Shown here one piece after another: positions 34,334 through 44,741 of a DNA stretch of 64,000 bases. The translations under genes and the position numbers were made by a program. Numbering within the stretch: the first letter of the stretch is position 1; every line of letters begins with the position of its first letter. Origin of the DNA: Candidatus Omnitrophota bacterium (GTDB lineage: Bacteria; Omnitrophota; Gorgyraeia; Gygaellales; Profunditerraquicolaceae); assembly GCA_025453395.1 (NCBI GenBank), contig JALOQK010000002.1, forward strand, positions 85,625 through 149,624, written 5' to 3'. The notes below the pieces were generated by a model, which searched no databases, had not been told where the DNA came from, and was given only the letters and a program-made list of their open reading frames with translations.

Positions 34334-34957
34334 ATGAAAGCCTTGATAGGAAAGAAAATAGGGATGACGCATGTTTTTGACGCTAAAGGAGCGTTTGCCG
34401 CAGTTACCGCTTTAGAGGTGGGGCCGTGCTTTGTTTTAGCAGTCGGCGATAAAAATGTCCAGCTGGGTTTTGGGCAGGTTAAACAGAAGCACTTAAAGAA
34501 GCCGCAAGCAGGGATGTTCAAGAAGATAAATGTCAGCCCTTGTAAATTTATCCGCGAAGTGGAAAAAGAAGCGGGGCAGGAATATAAAATCGGCGATCAG
34601 GCTAAGGTGGATCTTTTTAAGGAAGGCGACTTTGTGGATGTGGCAGGGATTTCACTGGGCAAAGGTTTTCAGGGCGGCATGAAAAGATGGCATTGGCAAG
34701 GCGGCCCTAAGACGCACGGTTCAACATCGCATCGGCGTATCGGTTCAATTGGTTCAAGCACTACTCCCGGCAGAGTCTGGAAAGGGCATCATTTGCCCGG
34801 CCACATGGGAGCGGTCAGGGTTACTTCTGAGAATTTGAAGATTATCAAGGTGGACGCGGAAAAAAATATTATGCTGGTTAATGGTTCTGTGCCCGGCCAC
34901 AAAGACAGCCTTATTGTGATAAGAAAAGCGAAAAAGAAAGTTCAAAAGGTTAAATAA
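34334..34957 (+). CDS. rplC: 50S ribosomal protein L3
   Basis: 207 aa L3. Confidence 0.95.
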   Translation: MKALIGKKIGMTHVFDAKGAFAAVTALEVGPCFVLAVGDKNVQLGFGQVKQKHLKKPQAGMFKKINVSPCKFIREVEKEAGQEYKIGDQAKVDLFKEGDFVDVAGISLGKGFQGGMKRWHWQGGPKTHGSTSHRRIGSIGSSTTPGRVWKGHHLPGHMGAVRVTSENLKIIKVDAEKNIMLVNGSVPGHKDSLIVIRKAKKKVQKVK

Positions 34958-35595
34958 TGGAAGCTTTAAGTTTGCTTAATATTGAAGGAAAAGAAATAGA
35001 TTCCATCAAGCTTGATAAAAGTGTCTTTGATGGCGTGGTTAATAAGGATGTCATTTATCAGGCAATGGTTGCCTATAGGGCTAATCAAAGAACAGGATTA
35101 GCCGCTACTAAAACCCGCGGTGAAGTTTCCGGAGGCGGTAAAAAGCCCTGGAAACAAAAGGGCACCGGGCGCGCCCGTCACGGTTCTACTCGTTCTCCGA
35201 TATGGAGGCACGGCGGAGTTACTTTTGGGCCGCATCCGCGCGATTACAGCTATGTCTTGCCGCAGAAAATAAAAACCGCGGCTCTTAAATCCGCGCTTAA
35301 TCTTAAGGTTCAGGAAAATAGCATTATTCTGTTAGACCAGGCCAAGCTGGCTAATCCTAAGACAAAACAGCTTTGCGGGATATTTGATAAACTAAAATTT
35401 GTGGATAAGAAAAATAAGAACCGTTTGTTTTTGATTGAGAAGATGGATAAAGATATTAAAGTTGCTTCCCGTAATATTCAGGGCCTGAACTTGTCTTTAT
35501 CTTCAGATACGAATGCGTATGAAGTTTTAACTGCCCGTAAAATATTAATTACTAAGGCCGCGCTTGACGCGTTAGTGAAAAGATTGAAAAAATGA
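34957..35595 (+). CDS. rplD: 50S ribosomal protein L4
   Basis: 212 aa L4. Confidence 0.93.
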   Translation: MEALSLLNIEGKEIDSIKLDKSVFDGVVNKDVIYQAMVAYRANQRTGLAATKTRGEVSGGGKKPWKQKGTGRARHGSTRSPIWRHGGVTFGPHPRDYSYVLPQKIKTAALKSALNLKVQENSIILLDQAKLANPKTKQLCGIFDKLKFVDKKNKNRLFLIEKMDKDIKVASRNIQGLNLSLSSDTNAYEVLTARKILITKAALDALVKRLKK

Positions 35596-35873
35596 ACTCA
35601 TTTACCGTCATAAAAAGCTTAATCAGGACCGAGAAATCAACTTATCTTAACGAACCCCAAGGCAAGTACTTGTTTTTGGTGGATAAAACCGCCAACAAGA
35701 TTCAGGTGAAACGCGCCGTGGAAGAGATTTATAAGGTAAAAGTAGTTTCGGTTAATACATCTATTGTTCCCGGCAAACAGAAACGCGTAAGATCTCAAAT
35801 CGGCAAAACCCCGGATACGAAAAAGGCGATAGTCAGCCTTAAAGAGGGGCAAAAAATAGAAGAGAAGGCATAA
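35592..35873 (+). CDS. rplW: 50S ribosomal protein L23
   Basis: 93 aa L23. Confidence 0.92.
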   Translation: MNSFTVIKSLIRTEKSTYLNEPQGKYLFLVDKTANKIQVKRAVEEIYKVKVVSVNTSIVPGKQKRVRSQIGKTPDTKKAIVSLKEGQKIEEKA

Positions 35874-35874
35874 A

Positions 35875-36708
35875 ATGGGTATAAAAAAATTCAGGCCCAC
35901 AAGTCCGTCACGGCGCTGGATCACTGGTCCGGATTTTACTGAGATTACTAAGGATTATCCCGAGAAGTCGCTTGTAACTGTTTTAAAGAGGACAGGCGGC
36001 AGAAATTCAAGCGGCCGTTTGACTGTCAGGCACCAGGGTGGCGGGCACAAACGTAAATTGCGCTTGATTGATTTTAAGCGCGATCTTTTGGATAAGCCGG
36101 CAAAAGTCCTTGCTATTGAGTACGATCCGAATCGTTCGGCAAGGCTGGCTTTAGTTGAATACCAGCCAAACCAGAAAAGATATATCATCGCTCCTCTAGG
36201 ATTAAATGTGGGAGATCAGATTGTTTCTTCAAATGACAAAGAAACAGAAATCAAGGTTGGCAATTGTTTGGTTTTGCGTTATATCCCTTCAGGCACGCTC
36301 ATTCATAATATTGAAATCCGCCCGGGCAAAGGCGCGCAGATTGTAAGAAGCGCTGGTTCAAGCGCGCAGATTATGGCCAAAGAAGGCGATTACGCGCATG
36401 TGCGTTTGCCTTCAGGCGAAGTGCGCTTAATAAGTTTAGACTGCCATGCGGTTATTGGGCAGGTGGGCAATGTTGAGCATGAAGCCATTTCTGTTGGCAA
36501 GGCCGGCCGTTCCCGTTGGATGGGTATTCGCCCGACAGTAAGAGGATTAGCCATGAATCCGGTTGACCATCCGCATGGCGGAGGCGAAGGAAAATCAGGG
36601 CAGGGTAATCCTCATCCAGTGTCCCCATGGGGCCAGCCGACTAAGGGTTACAAAACCAGGAAACCAAAGCGATATTCTAATAAATTTATAGTTAAAAGAA
36701 GAAAGTAA
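35875..36708 (+). CDS. rplB: 50S ribosomal protein L2
   Basis: 277 aa L2 with the conserved C-terminal block ([14 protein letters not shown]). Confidence 0.96.
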   Translation: MGIKKFRPTSPSRRWITGPDFTEITKDYPEKSLVTVLKRTGGRNSSGRLTVRHQGGGHKRKLRLIDFKRDLLDKPAKVLAIEYDPNRSARLALVEYQPNQKRYIIAPLGLNVGDQIVSSNDKETEIKVGNCLVLRYIPSGTLIHNIEIRPGKGAQIVRSAGSSAQIMAKEGDYAHVRLPSGEVRLISLDCHAVIGQVGNVEHEAISVGKAGRSRWMGIRPTVRGLAMNPVDHPHGGGEGKSGQGNPHPVSPWGQPTKGYKTRKPKRYSNKFIVKRRK

Positions 36709-36711
36709 TTT

Positions 36712-36800
36712 AAAATTAAAAATGAAAAATCTAAAATTAAAATCTTTAGGAAATGGTTTTAAGGTAAATTTTGAATTTTTACTTTTTAATTTTGAATTTC
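36712..36800. mobile_element. ~89 bp AT-rich miniature inverted-repeat element (MITE-like): left arm AAAATTAAAAATGAAAAATCTAAAATTAAAAT, right arm reverse complement GAAATTCAAAATTAAAAAGTAAAAATTCAAAATTTAC, no cargo
   Basis: Imperfect ~30 bp terminal inverted repeats read from the sequence; sits in a 135 bp rplB-rpsS spacer of the S10 operon. Confidence 0.45.
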
Positions 36801-36843
36801 AACGAGCGTCTTTTAGTTTAATAAGTGTAAAAGCGAGGAAGAC

Positions 36844-37131
36844 ATGCCGCGTTCATTAAAGAAGGGCCCGTATATTGACGAGAAATTATTAAAGAAAGTT
36901 GACCGCGCGCGCCGCTCGGGGCAGCGCACCGCGATAAAGACCTGGGCAAGGCGTTGCACGATCACCCCGGATTTTGTGGGCCTGACTTTTGCTGTGCATG
37001 ACGGCCACAGGCATTTACCGGTTTTTGTCACCGAGAATATGGTAGGGCATAAATTAGGGGAATTCGCTCCCACCCGCGTATTTCGTAAGCATGGCGGGGT
37101 TAAAGCCAAAAAAGCAGCGGAAAAGACTTAA
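36844..37131 (+). CDS. rpsS: 30S ribosomal protein S19
   Basis: 95 aa S19. Confidence 0.95.
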   Translation: MPRSLKKGPYIDEKLLKKVDRARRSGQRTAIKTWARRCTITPDFVGLTFAVHDGHRHLPVFVTENMVGHKLGEFAPTRVFRKHGGVKAKKAAEKT

Positions 37132-37154
37132 AAATAATATAAAAGGATAAAAAC

Positions 37155-37493
37155 GTGTTAGCTAAAGCAGAATTAAAATTCATCAGGATGTCGCCGCGCA
37201 AAATCCGGCAGGTGATTGACTTGATCCGCCGTAAGGATGTCCTTGAGGCCCAGGCGATACTTGTCAATATTGATAAGCGCTCAAAGGAATTTTTAAGCAA
37301 GCTTTTAAAATCCGCTATTGCCAATGCCAAGGTCAAAGGTTTTAGCGCTAATCAACTTTACGTATCGCGTATTACCTGTAACGCGGGGCCGATGTGGAAG
37401 AGATTTAAGGCGGCAGCGTTTGGCAGGGCGGCACCGATTGTCAGAAGAACCTCGCATATTAGAATAGAATTAGATTTAAAATCAGGAGTGTAG
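37155..37493 (+). CDS. rplV: 50S ribosomal protein L22
   Basis: 112 aa L22. Confidence 0.92.
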   Translation: MLAKAELKFIRMSPRKIRQVIDLIRRKDVLEAQAILVNIDKRSKEFLSKLLKSAIANAKVKGFSANQLYVSRITCNAGPMWKRFKAAAFGRAAPIVRRTSHIRIELDLKSGV

Positions 37494-37497
37494 ATTA

Positions 37498-38226
37498 ATG
37501 GGACAAAAGGTAAATCCGTTTGTAATGAGAATTGGGATTTCGCGCACTTGGCATTCCCGTTGGTTTGCCAAGAATAAGGATTACAAAGTCCTCATCGCGC
37601 AGGATTACAAGATCCGCAAACACATAGCTAGTAAATTTAAGCACGCGGCAATCGCGGATGTGATCATTGAGAGGCTGACCCAGTCGGTAAGAATAAAGAT
37701 CCTGACCGCCAAGCCGGGTATCATTATCGGCCGCCACGGAGCGGATATTGAAAAACTGCGTGAAGATTTAAACGCGATCATCAAGCAGGAAGTTTCCATA
37801 GATATCGTTGAGGTAAAGAATCCAAGCACAAACGCCAATCTTTTAGCCCAGAATGTCGCCGGACAAATCGAAAAACGCGTTGCCTTCAGAAGAGCGGTAA
37901 AGCGTTCCATGGAGCAGGCGTTTAATGCTGGAGCCAAGGGGGTTAAGATTATCTGTTCGGGCCGTTTAAACGGAGCGGAAATCGCGCGTACCGAAAGTTA
38001 CCGCCAGGGCAAAATTCCGCTTCATACTTTAAGAGCGGACATCGATTACGGTTTCGCGGAAAGTTTTACTACCTACGGCTTGATTGGAATAAAAGTTTGG
38101 ATCTATAAAGGCGACATCCTTGATAAGATGTTTGCCTATAATACGCATGAAACTGAAGTTGAATCTAAGCAGCAAAAGGAAAACCGGAGTTTTAAGCCGC
38201 ATAAGGCGCCGGTTCCAGCAGAATAA
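37498..38226 (+). CDS. rpsC: 30S ribosomal protein S3
   Basis: 242 aa with KH and S3 C-terminal domains. Confidence 0.95.
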   Translation: MGQKVNPFVMRIGISRTWHSRWFAKNKDYKVLIAQDYKIRKHIASKFKHAAIADVIIERLTQSVRIKILTAKPGIIIGRHGADIEKLREDLNAIIKQEVSIDIVEVKNPSTNANLLAQNVAGQIEKRVAFRRAVKRSMEQAFNAGAKGVKIICSGRLNGAEIARTESYRQGKIPLHTLRADIDYGFAESFTTYGLIGIKVWIYKGDILDKMFAYNTHETEVESKQQKENRSFKPHKAPVPAE

Positions 38227-38252
38227 AGAAGAAAGCTTGAGGATTTAAAGTT

Positions 38253-38669
38253 ATGCCATTGATGCCTAAAAGAGTAAAATACCGCAACCTTCAAAAAGGG
38301 CAAAGAAGGGGCGTTGCTACTACCGGAGCAGAACTTGCTTTTGGGGAATTCGGGTTAAAAGTCTTGGATAACGGCTGGATTAAGAATTCCCAGATTGAGG
38401 CGGTGCGCGTTATTTTGGCGCGCCAGTTGAATAAGGGCGGCAAGATGTGGATACGCATGTTTCCGGATAAATCTATTACCAAAAAACCCGCGGAAGTGCG
38501 TATGGGTAAAGGAAAGGGCGATTTGGACCATTGGGTAGCAGTAGTTAAAAGGGGAAAGGTTTTATTTGAATTGGGAGGCATCCCCGAAGAGTATGCCCGG
38601 CATTGTTTCCGTATGGTAGCCTATAAGCTGCCTTTAAGAGTAAAATTCGTAACCCGCATACATAAATAG
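38253..38669 (+). CDS. rplP: 50S ribosomal protein L16
   Basis: 138 aa L16. Confidence 0.95.
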   Translation: MPLMPKRVKYRNLQKGQRRGVATTGAELAFGEFGLKVLDNGWIKNSQIEAVRVILARQLNKGGKMWIRMFPDKSITKKPAEVRMGKGKGDLDHWVAVVKRGKVLFELGGIPEEYARHCFRMVAYKLPLRVKFVTRIHK

Positions 38670-38685
38670 AAACGGCAGAGATAAG

Positions 38686-38889
38686 ATGAAAATCAAAGAA
38701 TTGCGCGCTTTATCAAATGAAGAATTGAAGCAAAAGGCGAGAGAGATTTCCCAGCAGCTTTTTAAAGCTAACCAGGGCCGTTATACTTCAAGGGTGGACA
38801 AGCCGCACGTATTCTCTATGTATAAAAAAGATATCGCCCGGATCAATACTTTGCTAAATGAAAAGAAAGAGAAGAAAAATGGGAAGTAA
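38686..38889 (+). CDS. rpmC: 50S ribosomal protein L29
   Basis: 67 aa L29. Confidence 0.9.
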   Translation: MKIKELRALSNEELKQKAREISQQLFKANQGRYTSRVDKPHVFSMYKKDIARINTLLNEKKEKKNGK

Positions 38890-39184
38890 GAGAAGGTTTC
38901 AAGGGACAGTTGTAAGCGATAAGATGACCAAGACCCGCGTAGTTAAGGTCTTGCAGTCTTTTAAGCATCCCAAATACGGCAAGATCGTGAAGACTTACAC
39001 TAAATTCAAGGCGCATGATGAAAAGCCAATATCGCATACCGGGGATTTGGTAATAATTGAAGAGACCCGTCCTCTTTCCAAGGATAAACGTTTCCGCGTT
39101 GTTTCCGTGGTCAAGAAATCGGCATCGCTTATTCAAATAAAAGATGAAACAGTTGAAATAAAGGTAAAGGATCAGCTAAAATGA
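38879..39184 (+). CDS. rpsQ: 30S ribosomal protein S17
   Basis: Start chosen at [16 protein letters not shown] (38879); the ORF track's 38858 start is an upstream in-frame ATG inside rpmC. Confidence 0.9.
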   Translation: MGSKRRFQGTVVSDKMTKTRVVKVLQSFKHPKYGKIVKTYTKFKAHDEKPISHTGDLVIIEETRPLSKDKRFRVVSVVKKSASLIQIKDETVEIKVKDQLK

Positions 39185-39549
39185 TACAGATCCGCTCAAT
39201 TCTAGACGTAGCAGATAATACCGGAGCAAAAAGAGTATCTTTTATCGGTGTTTTAGGCAAGAAAAACTGCTCTTTTGCGGTTATTGGGGATATCATCAAT
39301 GTTAATGTCAAAGAATCTTCCCCCGATGCAACAGTAAAAAAGGGCGAAGTGGGCAAAGCAGTAGTTGTGCGCACCAGGCATCCGATCAGAAGGGCGGATG
39401 GATCCATCCTTCGCTTTGACAAAAACGCGGTGGTTTTTGTTGACGCCCAGCTTAACCCCAAAGGCACGCGCGTGTTCGGGCCGGTAGCCAGAGAATTAAG
39501 GGACAGGAATTTCTCAAAAATAATTTCTTTAGCCCCAGAGGTAATATAA
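39181..39549 (+). CDS. rplN: 50S ribosomal protein L14
   Basis: 122 aa L14 ([17 protein letters not shown]). Confidence 0.96.
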   Translation: MIQIRSILDVADNTGAKRVSFIGVLGKKNCSFAVIGDIINVNVKESSPDATVKKGEVGKAVVVRTRHPIRRADGSILRFDKNAVVFVDAQLNPKGTRVFGPVARELRDRNFSKIISLAPEVI

Positions 39550-39861
39550 ATGTTTAAAATAAAAAAAGGCGATATCATTCAGGTTACCAAAGGCAAAGAC
39601 AAAGGCAAAAAAGGCAAAGTCTTAGAGGTCTTAGCGCAAAACAAGCGCGCCATCGTAGAGGGTATTAATCAGGTTAAGAAGCACAAGCGTAAGACCAAGC
39701 AGGAACAGCAGGCCGGCATAGTAAGCGTAGAAGTGCCTATCAGCACAAGCAATATCATGTTAGTTTGCAAGCAATGCGGCAAGGCTTCGCGCGTAGGATT
39801 TAAGGCCGCCGAAGGAAAAGAAAAAACGCGTTTTTGTAAATCTTGCAAGGAAACATTCTAA
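39550..39861 (+). CDS. rplX: 50S ribosomal protein L24
   Basis: 103 aa with a KOW motif. Confidence 0.92.
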   Translation: MFKIKKGDIIQVTKGKDKGKKGKVLEVLAQNKRAIVEGINQVKKHKRKTKQEQQAGIVSVEVPISTSNIMLVCKQCGKASRVGFKAAEGKEKTRFCKSCKETF

Positions 39862-39875
39862 AAAGGTAAAATATA

Positions 39876-40439
39876 ATGGCTAAACCAGCTCCCAGATTAT
39901 TAGAAAGATACAGAAAAGAAATCATCCCGAAAATGATGGAGAAATTCTCGCTTGATAATTCCATGAGCGTGCCGCGCGTAGAGAAGGTTGTGGTAAATAT
40001 GGGCGTGGGTGAAGCATTGCAGGATGTCAAGGCCTTAGATAAGGCGATGGAAGAATTAGCTACCATCACCGGGCAGAAGCCTTTAATGAGAAGGGCCAAG
40101 AAAGCCATTTCTAATTTCAAGGTAAAAGAAAATGCTCCCGTGGGTTGCAAGGTTACCCTTCGCAGAAGGCATATGTATGAATTTATGGACCGGCTTATTA
40201 ATGTGGCGATGCCGCGTATCCGCGACTTCAGAGGCGTCAAGATGGACGCTTTTGACCGGGCGGGTAATTATACCCTCGGCTTAAACGAACAACATATATT
40301 TCCGGAGCTTGACGTGGACAGGATCACCCGAGCTCAAGGCATGGACATAACATTTGTAATTAAGAACTCCAAGAGCAAAGAGCAATCCAGGGAATTACTG
40401 AAACTTTTTGGTATTCCTTTTAAAGAGGCAAAAGACTAA
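39876..40439 (+). CDS. rplE: 50S ribosomal protein L5
   Basis: 187 aa L5. Confidence 0.95.
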   Translation: MAKPAPRLLERYRKEIIPKMMEKFSLDNSMSVPRVEKVVVNMGVGEALQDVKALDKAMEELATITGQKPLMRRAKKAISNFKVKENAPVGCKVTLRRRHMYEFMDRLINVAMPRIRDFRGVKMDAFDRAGNYTLGLNEQHIFPELDVDRITRAQGMDITFVIKNSKSKEQSRELLKLFGIPFKEAKD

Positions 40440-40460
40440 TAAACAGGAGTAATAAGGCTT

Positions 40461-40646
40461 ATGGCCAAGAAATCGCAAATCAACAGATGGAAAAAACTGC
40501 CGAAATTCTCTACGCGTAAATATAACCGTTGTTCTATCTGCGGGCGTTCTGGCGGATATTTGAGAAGGTTCGGTTTATGCAGGATTTGTTTCCGGGAATT
40601 GGCCTGGAAGGGCATGATCCCAGGAATAAGAAAAGCAAGCTGGTAA
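40461..40646 (+). CDS. rpsZ: 30S ribosomal protein S14, type Z (zinc-binding)
   Basis: 61 aa with a CxxC..CxxC zinc ribbon ([16 protein letters not shown]). Confidence 0.92.
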   Translation: MAKKSQINRWKKLPKFSTRKYNRCSICGRSGGYLRRFGLCRICFRELAWKGMIPGIRKASW

Positions 40647-40660
40647 GGAGATAGATAAAT

Positions 40661-41056
40661 ATGTCAAGGACGGATTTAATTTCTGACGCGCTTACGATCA
40701 TAAGAAATGCCACTATGGCGCATAAAGAAAATGTGGATGTGCCTGCTTCAAATATCCTTAAAAAGATGTTTGATATCATGGTAGCAAATAAATATCTTGA
40801 TGCCGTAAAGCCCATTGAAGACAAGAAGCAGGGCATTTTACGTGTTTATATTAGATACACCGGCGGCAAGTGCGCTATCCGCAAGATCCGCCGCATTTCA
40901 CGTCCAGGCATGAGGATTTATGTGGACAAAACCAAGATTCCGCTAGTTTTAAGAGGAAAAGGTATGGCCATTCTTTCAACCCCCAAAGGAATTTTAACTG
41001 ACAGCCAGGCCCGCAAAGAAGCAGTTGGCGGGGAAGTTTTGGCTTACGTCTGGTAA
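40661..41056 (+). CDS. rpsH: 30S ribosomal protein S8
   Basis: 131 aa S8. Confidence 0.95.
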   Translation: MSRTDLISDALTIIRNATMAHKENVDVPASNILKKMFDIMVANKYLDAVKPIEDKKQGILRVYIRYTGGKCAIRKIRRISRPGMRIYVDKTKIPLVLRGKGMAILSTPKGILTDSQARKEAVGGEVLAYVW

Positions 41057-41066
41057 GAGGAAAAAT

Positions 41067-41612
41067 ATGTCAAGGATAGGCAAGAAACCCATAAGCATCC
41101 CTAATCAAGTAAAAGTAGAAGTTAAAGACAGCTGTGTTTTTGTGGAAGGGCCTAAGGGGAAATTAAACCGCAAGATCTCTGACCGCATCAAAGCGGATTT
41201 AAAAGATAATACCCTGATTTTAACGCGCGCCACCGACAGCAAGATTGATAAATCGCTGCACGGGCTTTACCGCGCGCTTATCTTAGGCATGATCAAAGGC
41301 GTTACTGAGGGTTATAAGAAAGAAATGGAGATTATCGGAGTTGGTTTCAAGGCCCAGGTACAGGGAAAAGTTCTAAATATGAGTCTGGGTTTTTCCCATC
41401 CGGTTAATATCGCTATTCCCGAGGGCATAAAAATAGAGGCTCCCAAGCCGACTAATTTAGTGGTAACCGGGATTGACAAGGAATTAGTGGGGAGGATCTC
41501 AACTGAAATAAGAAAGGTCTATCCTCCGGAACCCTATAAAGGCAAAGGTATCCGTTTCGTCGGGCAATACGTGAAAAAGAAGGTTGGCAAAGCGCAAGCA
41601 ACGGGTAAATAA
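41067..41612 (+). CDS. rplF: 50S ribosomal protein L6
   Basis: Start at MSRIGKKPISIP (41067); the ORF track's 41025 start is an upstream in-frame ATG inside rpsH. Confidence 0.93.
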   Translation: MSRIGKKPISIPNQVKVEVKDSCVFVEGPKGKLNRKISDRIKADLKDNTLILTRATDSKIDKSLHGLYRALILGMIKGVTEGYKKEMEIIGVGFKAQVQGKVLNMSLGFSHPVNIAIPEGIKIEAPKPTNLVVTGIDKELVGRISTEIRKVYPPEPYKGKGIRFVGQYVKKKVGKAQATGK

Positions 41613-41629
41613 TCCATAAAGGTAAACAT

Positions 41630-41989
41630 ATGAATAAAAAAGAAGTCTTAAGGTTAAAAAGGCACAAACGCATCCGTCAGAGAGTTTCCGGCACCAAAGA
41701 AATGCCAAGGCTGGTGGTGCGCCGCAGTTTAAATAATTTATCGGCGCAGGCCATCGACGACGTGAATAACCGGGTGTTGGCGGCATGTTCCACTTCAGAT
41801 AAAGATTTGAAAGCCAAGATCCCTTCCGGGGGCAATATTAAAGCTTCCAATGTATTGGGCGAAACCTTATCGGCTGAATTAAAAAGCAAAGGCATTGAGA
41901 GAATAGTTTTTGACCGCGCCGGTTATTTGTATCACGGCAGGATCAAGGCGTTCGCCGATAGTTTAAGAAAAGGGGGAATAAAGTTCTAA
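41630..41989 (+). CDS. rplR: 50S ribosomal protein L18
   Basis: 119 aa L18. Confidence 0.93.
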   Translation: MNKKEVLRLKRHKRIRQRVSGTKEMPRLVVRRSLNNLSAQAIDDVNNRVLAACSTSDKDLKAKIPSGGNIKASNVLGETLSAELKSKGIERIVFDRAGYLYHGRIKAFADSLRKGGIKF

Positions 41990-42468
41990 TGCGCCAGATA
42001 AATATTGAACAGCAGTCAGAATTCATAGAAAAAGTCATTGCCATAAACCGCGTCACTAAGGTTACCAAAGGCGGCAAGAAAATGCATTTTAGCGCCCTTG
42101 TGGTTGTCGGCGATACAAAAGGAAGAGTAGGGTTTGCCCTGGAAAAAGCCAATGAAGTAGCCGATGCCATAAGAAAGAGCCTGTCCAAGGCCAAGAAAAG
42201 CTTGATTAGAATCCCCATGGAAGGCACAAGTATTCCCCATGAGATTATCGGAGAATTCGGCGCGGCAAAAGTTTTATTGATGCCTGCTTCTGAAGGAACC
42301 GGCGTTATCGCGTCGGGCGCGGTGCGCGCGGTCTGTGAATCAGCCGGCATAAAAGATATCCTGACTAAATCATTAAGATCAAACAATCCTATTAACGTTA
42401 TTAAAGCCACTGTAAAAGGCTTAACTCAATTAAAGGCAGAAAGTAATGGACAAGAAAACACCGATTAA
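41989..42468 (+). CDS. rpsE: 30S ribosomal protein S5
   Basis: 159 aa S5. Confidence 0.95.
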   Translation: MRQINIEQQSEFIEKVIAINRVTKVTKGGKKMHFSALVVVGDTKGRVGFALEKANEVADAIRKSLSKAKKSLIRIPMEGTSIPHEIIGEFGAAKVLLMPASEGTGVIASGAVRAVCESAGIKDILTKSLRSNNPINVIKATVKGLTQLKAESNGQENTD

Positions 42469-43024
42469 GAAAAAACAAATGATTCCTGCGCAGGAGAAAA
42501 AAGCGGCTAAGCAAGTCAAAAAGCCTGCAGTGAGAAAGCCAAAGGCCAAAGCCAAAGCTGCTGCGGCAGTTTTAACTTTTGGTTTGCATAATCTAAAAGC
42601 CCCCTTTGGGTCTAATCACAGAAAAAAAATCTTAGGGCGCGGCCCCAGTTCCGGCCATGGTAAGACTTCTACCCGCGGCAGCAAAGGGCAGACTTCCAGG
42701 ACAGGCCGTGATTTTTATTTGGGGTTTGAAGGCGGGCAGACGCCTTTGATCCGCAGGTTCCCTAAACGCGGATTTACCAATATTTTCAAAAAAGAATTCC
42801 AGATCGTGAATCTGGAATCTTTAGCCAAGATTAATCAGGATATTATCACCCCTGAACTCTTAGAAGAAAAGGGTTTGATCAAGAATAAAGAAAAATTAGT
42901 TAAGATACTAGGCTTAGGAGAGCTGAAAAAAGCCATGACCGTCAAGGCCAGCGCTTTTTCCAAGCAGGCAGCAGACAAGATTATAGCCGCAGGCGGCAAA
43001 GCGCAAGTTATCCCGGTTCCTTAA
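42446..43024 (+). CDS. rplO: 50S ribosomal protein L15 with ~45 aa Lys/Ala-rich N-terminal extension (start uncertain; alternative ATG at 42479); no L30 gene between rpsE and rplO
   Basis: Core [41 protein letters not shown] is canonical L15. Confidence 0.88.
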   Translation: MDKKTPIKKKQMIPAQEKKAAKQVKKPAVRKPKAKAKAAAAVLTFGLHNLKAPFGSNHRKKILGRGPSSGHGKTSTRGSKGQTSRTGRDFYLGFEGGQTPLIRRFPKRGFTNIFKKEFQIVNLESLAKINQDIITPELLEEKGLIKNKEKLVKILGLGELKKAMTVKASAFSKQAADKIIAAGGKAQVIPVP

Positions 43025-43050
43025 TAGATTAATAAACGCTACATTAAATA

Positions 43051-44421
43051 ATGATAGCTAATACCTTTAACTTCAGCCCATTAATCAACAGCTTTCGCAT
43101 TCCGGATCTAAAAAAGCGCCTTTGGGTTACTCTGGGCCTTTTGGCTGTTTATCGCATGGGTTGTTATTTGCCTATTCCCGGGATTGACGGGATAGCGTTA
43201 GCGGAATTTATCAGTCAAATCTCCAAGTCTTCTGGTGGAGCGCTCTTTGGCATTATTAATATGTTTTCCGGCGGCGCCATGGAGAGGCTGACCATTTTTG
43301 CTTTGGGGATCATGCCGTATATCTCCAGCTCCATTATTTTGCAGCTTTTGACTGCGGTTATCCCGGCATTAGAAAAGCTGGCCAAAGAAGGAAAAGCCGG
43401 TTATCAAAAAATAAATCAGTTTACCCGTTATGGAACGGTAGTCTTGGCAGTTATACAATCATTTTTTATCGCCAAGTGGCTTGAGGGTTTGGGCAGGACC
43501 ATGCAGGATATGCCCAAGATTGTTTTAGCTCCGGGCTTGGGTTTTGAACTTTTAACAGTTTTAACTCTTACTACCGGAACGATTTTCTTGATGTGGCTGG
43601 GCGAGCAGATACAGGAGCGCGGCATCGGTAACGGCATATCGCTTGTTATTACAGCCGGTATTGTCTCGCGTATCCCGGCTGCCTTTCATCAGCTTTTTGT
43701 TTTATTGTCGCCCTTTAATCCCACTCGGCGGCAGCTGCAGCCGGCGGTATTACTGCTGATGGTTTTTCTTTTAGCGGCGGTAGTTTTCGCGGTTATACTT
43801 GTTACCCAGGGGCAGAGAAGGATCCCTGTGCAGTATGCCCGAAGAGTAGTAGGGCGAAAGGTTTTCGGAGGGCAGAGCACCTATATCCCCCTTAAGGTAG
43901 ACACATCAGGGGTTATCGCGATCATTTTTGCGCAGTCCATAATACTTTTTCCGGCGACTCTGGCATCATTCATACCGAATCCTGCGTTTCAGGGTTTTGC
44001 GCATGCTTTAACCCGCGGCAATGTCGGGTATTCTATAGTTTACGCTCTTTTAATTATATTCTTCTGCTATTTTTACACCGCGGTTGTTTTTAATCCGGTG
44101 GACTTAGCCGATAACATGAAAAAATACGGCGGGTTTATTCCGGGTATCCGCCCGGGAGTTTCAACCGCGGAATTCTTAGATTACACCATGACCCGTATTA
44201 CTTTGGCAGGCGCGCTATTTATCGCCTTTGTGGCGATATTCCCTGACGCGTTAATGGCATGGCTAAAGGTGCCGTATCTTGTCGCGTCATTTTTCGGCGG
44301 CACAGGCGTTCTTATTATCGTGGGGGTTATGCTGGATACGATCAAACAGCTTGAATCGCATTTGATGATGCATCACTACGAGGGTTTTATCAAAGGCGCA
44401 AGGATTAAGGGAAGAAGATAA
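43051..44421 (+). CDS. secY: preprotein translocase subunit SecY
   Basis: 456 aa with 10 TM segments and conserved SecY blocks. Confidence 0.96.
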   Translation: MIANTFNFSPLINSFRIPDLKKRLWVTLGLLAVYRMGCYLPIPGIDGIALAEFISQISKSSGGALFGIINMFSGGAMERLTIFALGIMPYISSSIILQLLTAVIPALEKLAKEGKAGYQKINQFTRYGTVVLAVIQSFFIAKWLEGLGRTMQDMPKIVLAPGLGFELLTVLTLTTGTIFLMWLGEQIQERGIGNGISLVITAGIVSRIPAAFHQLFVLLSPFNPTRRQLQPAVLLLMVFLLAAVVFAVILVTQGQRRIPVQYARRVVGRKVFGGQSTYIPLKVDTSGVIAIIFAQSIILFPATLASFIPNPAFQGFAHALTRGNVGYSIVYALLIIFFCYFYTAVVFNPVDLADNMKKYGGFIPGIRPGVSTAEFLDYTMTRITLAGALFIAFVAIFPDALMAWLKVPYLVASFFGGTGVLIIVGVMLDTIKQLESHLMMHHYEGFIKGARIKGRR

Positions 44422-44741
44422 AAATTAAAAATTCAAAATTAAAAATTAAGAAATAAAAGCAAAAAGATAAAAGCAAAAAGATAAAAGCAAAAAATATAGT
44501 AGTAAAAAAATTTAGTTATTTGCTCATTGGTAAATCAAATTTTCTTTTAAAGCTCAATAATTATTTATTTTTTATATTCTTAGGTTTTTAAATTTGAGAT
44601 TTTAGGTTTTTGTTTTAATTTTTTATTTTAAATTTTAAATTAACAACAGTGTTTTTTTTGATTTTAATGTTTTCTAATTTTGTTTTTATGTTTTTAATTT
44701 TGCATTTTTCATTTTAAACTTTAAATTAAAGAGGGTTTCTT
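44422..44741. repeat. 320 bp AT-rich noncoding element: left end AAAATTAAAAATTCAAAATTAAAAATT, a 14-mer tandem (ATAAAAGCAAAAAG)x3, right end reverse complement AATTTAAAGTTTAAAATGAAAAATGCAAAATTAAAA
   Basis: Seen in sequence; the ends resemble the terminal inverted repeats of the 36712-36800 element. Confidence 0.45.

Noticed and set aside
39129-40240. Minus-strand ORFs of 149 aa (39129-39578) and 146 aa (39800-40240), and a 155 aa one at 41943-42410, across rplN-rplX-rplE-rplR-rpsE
   Set aside because: Antisense to tightly packed ribosomal protein genes; no independent support.
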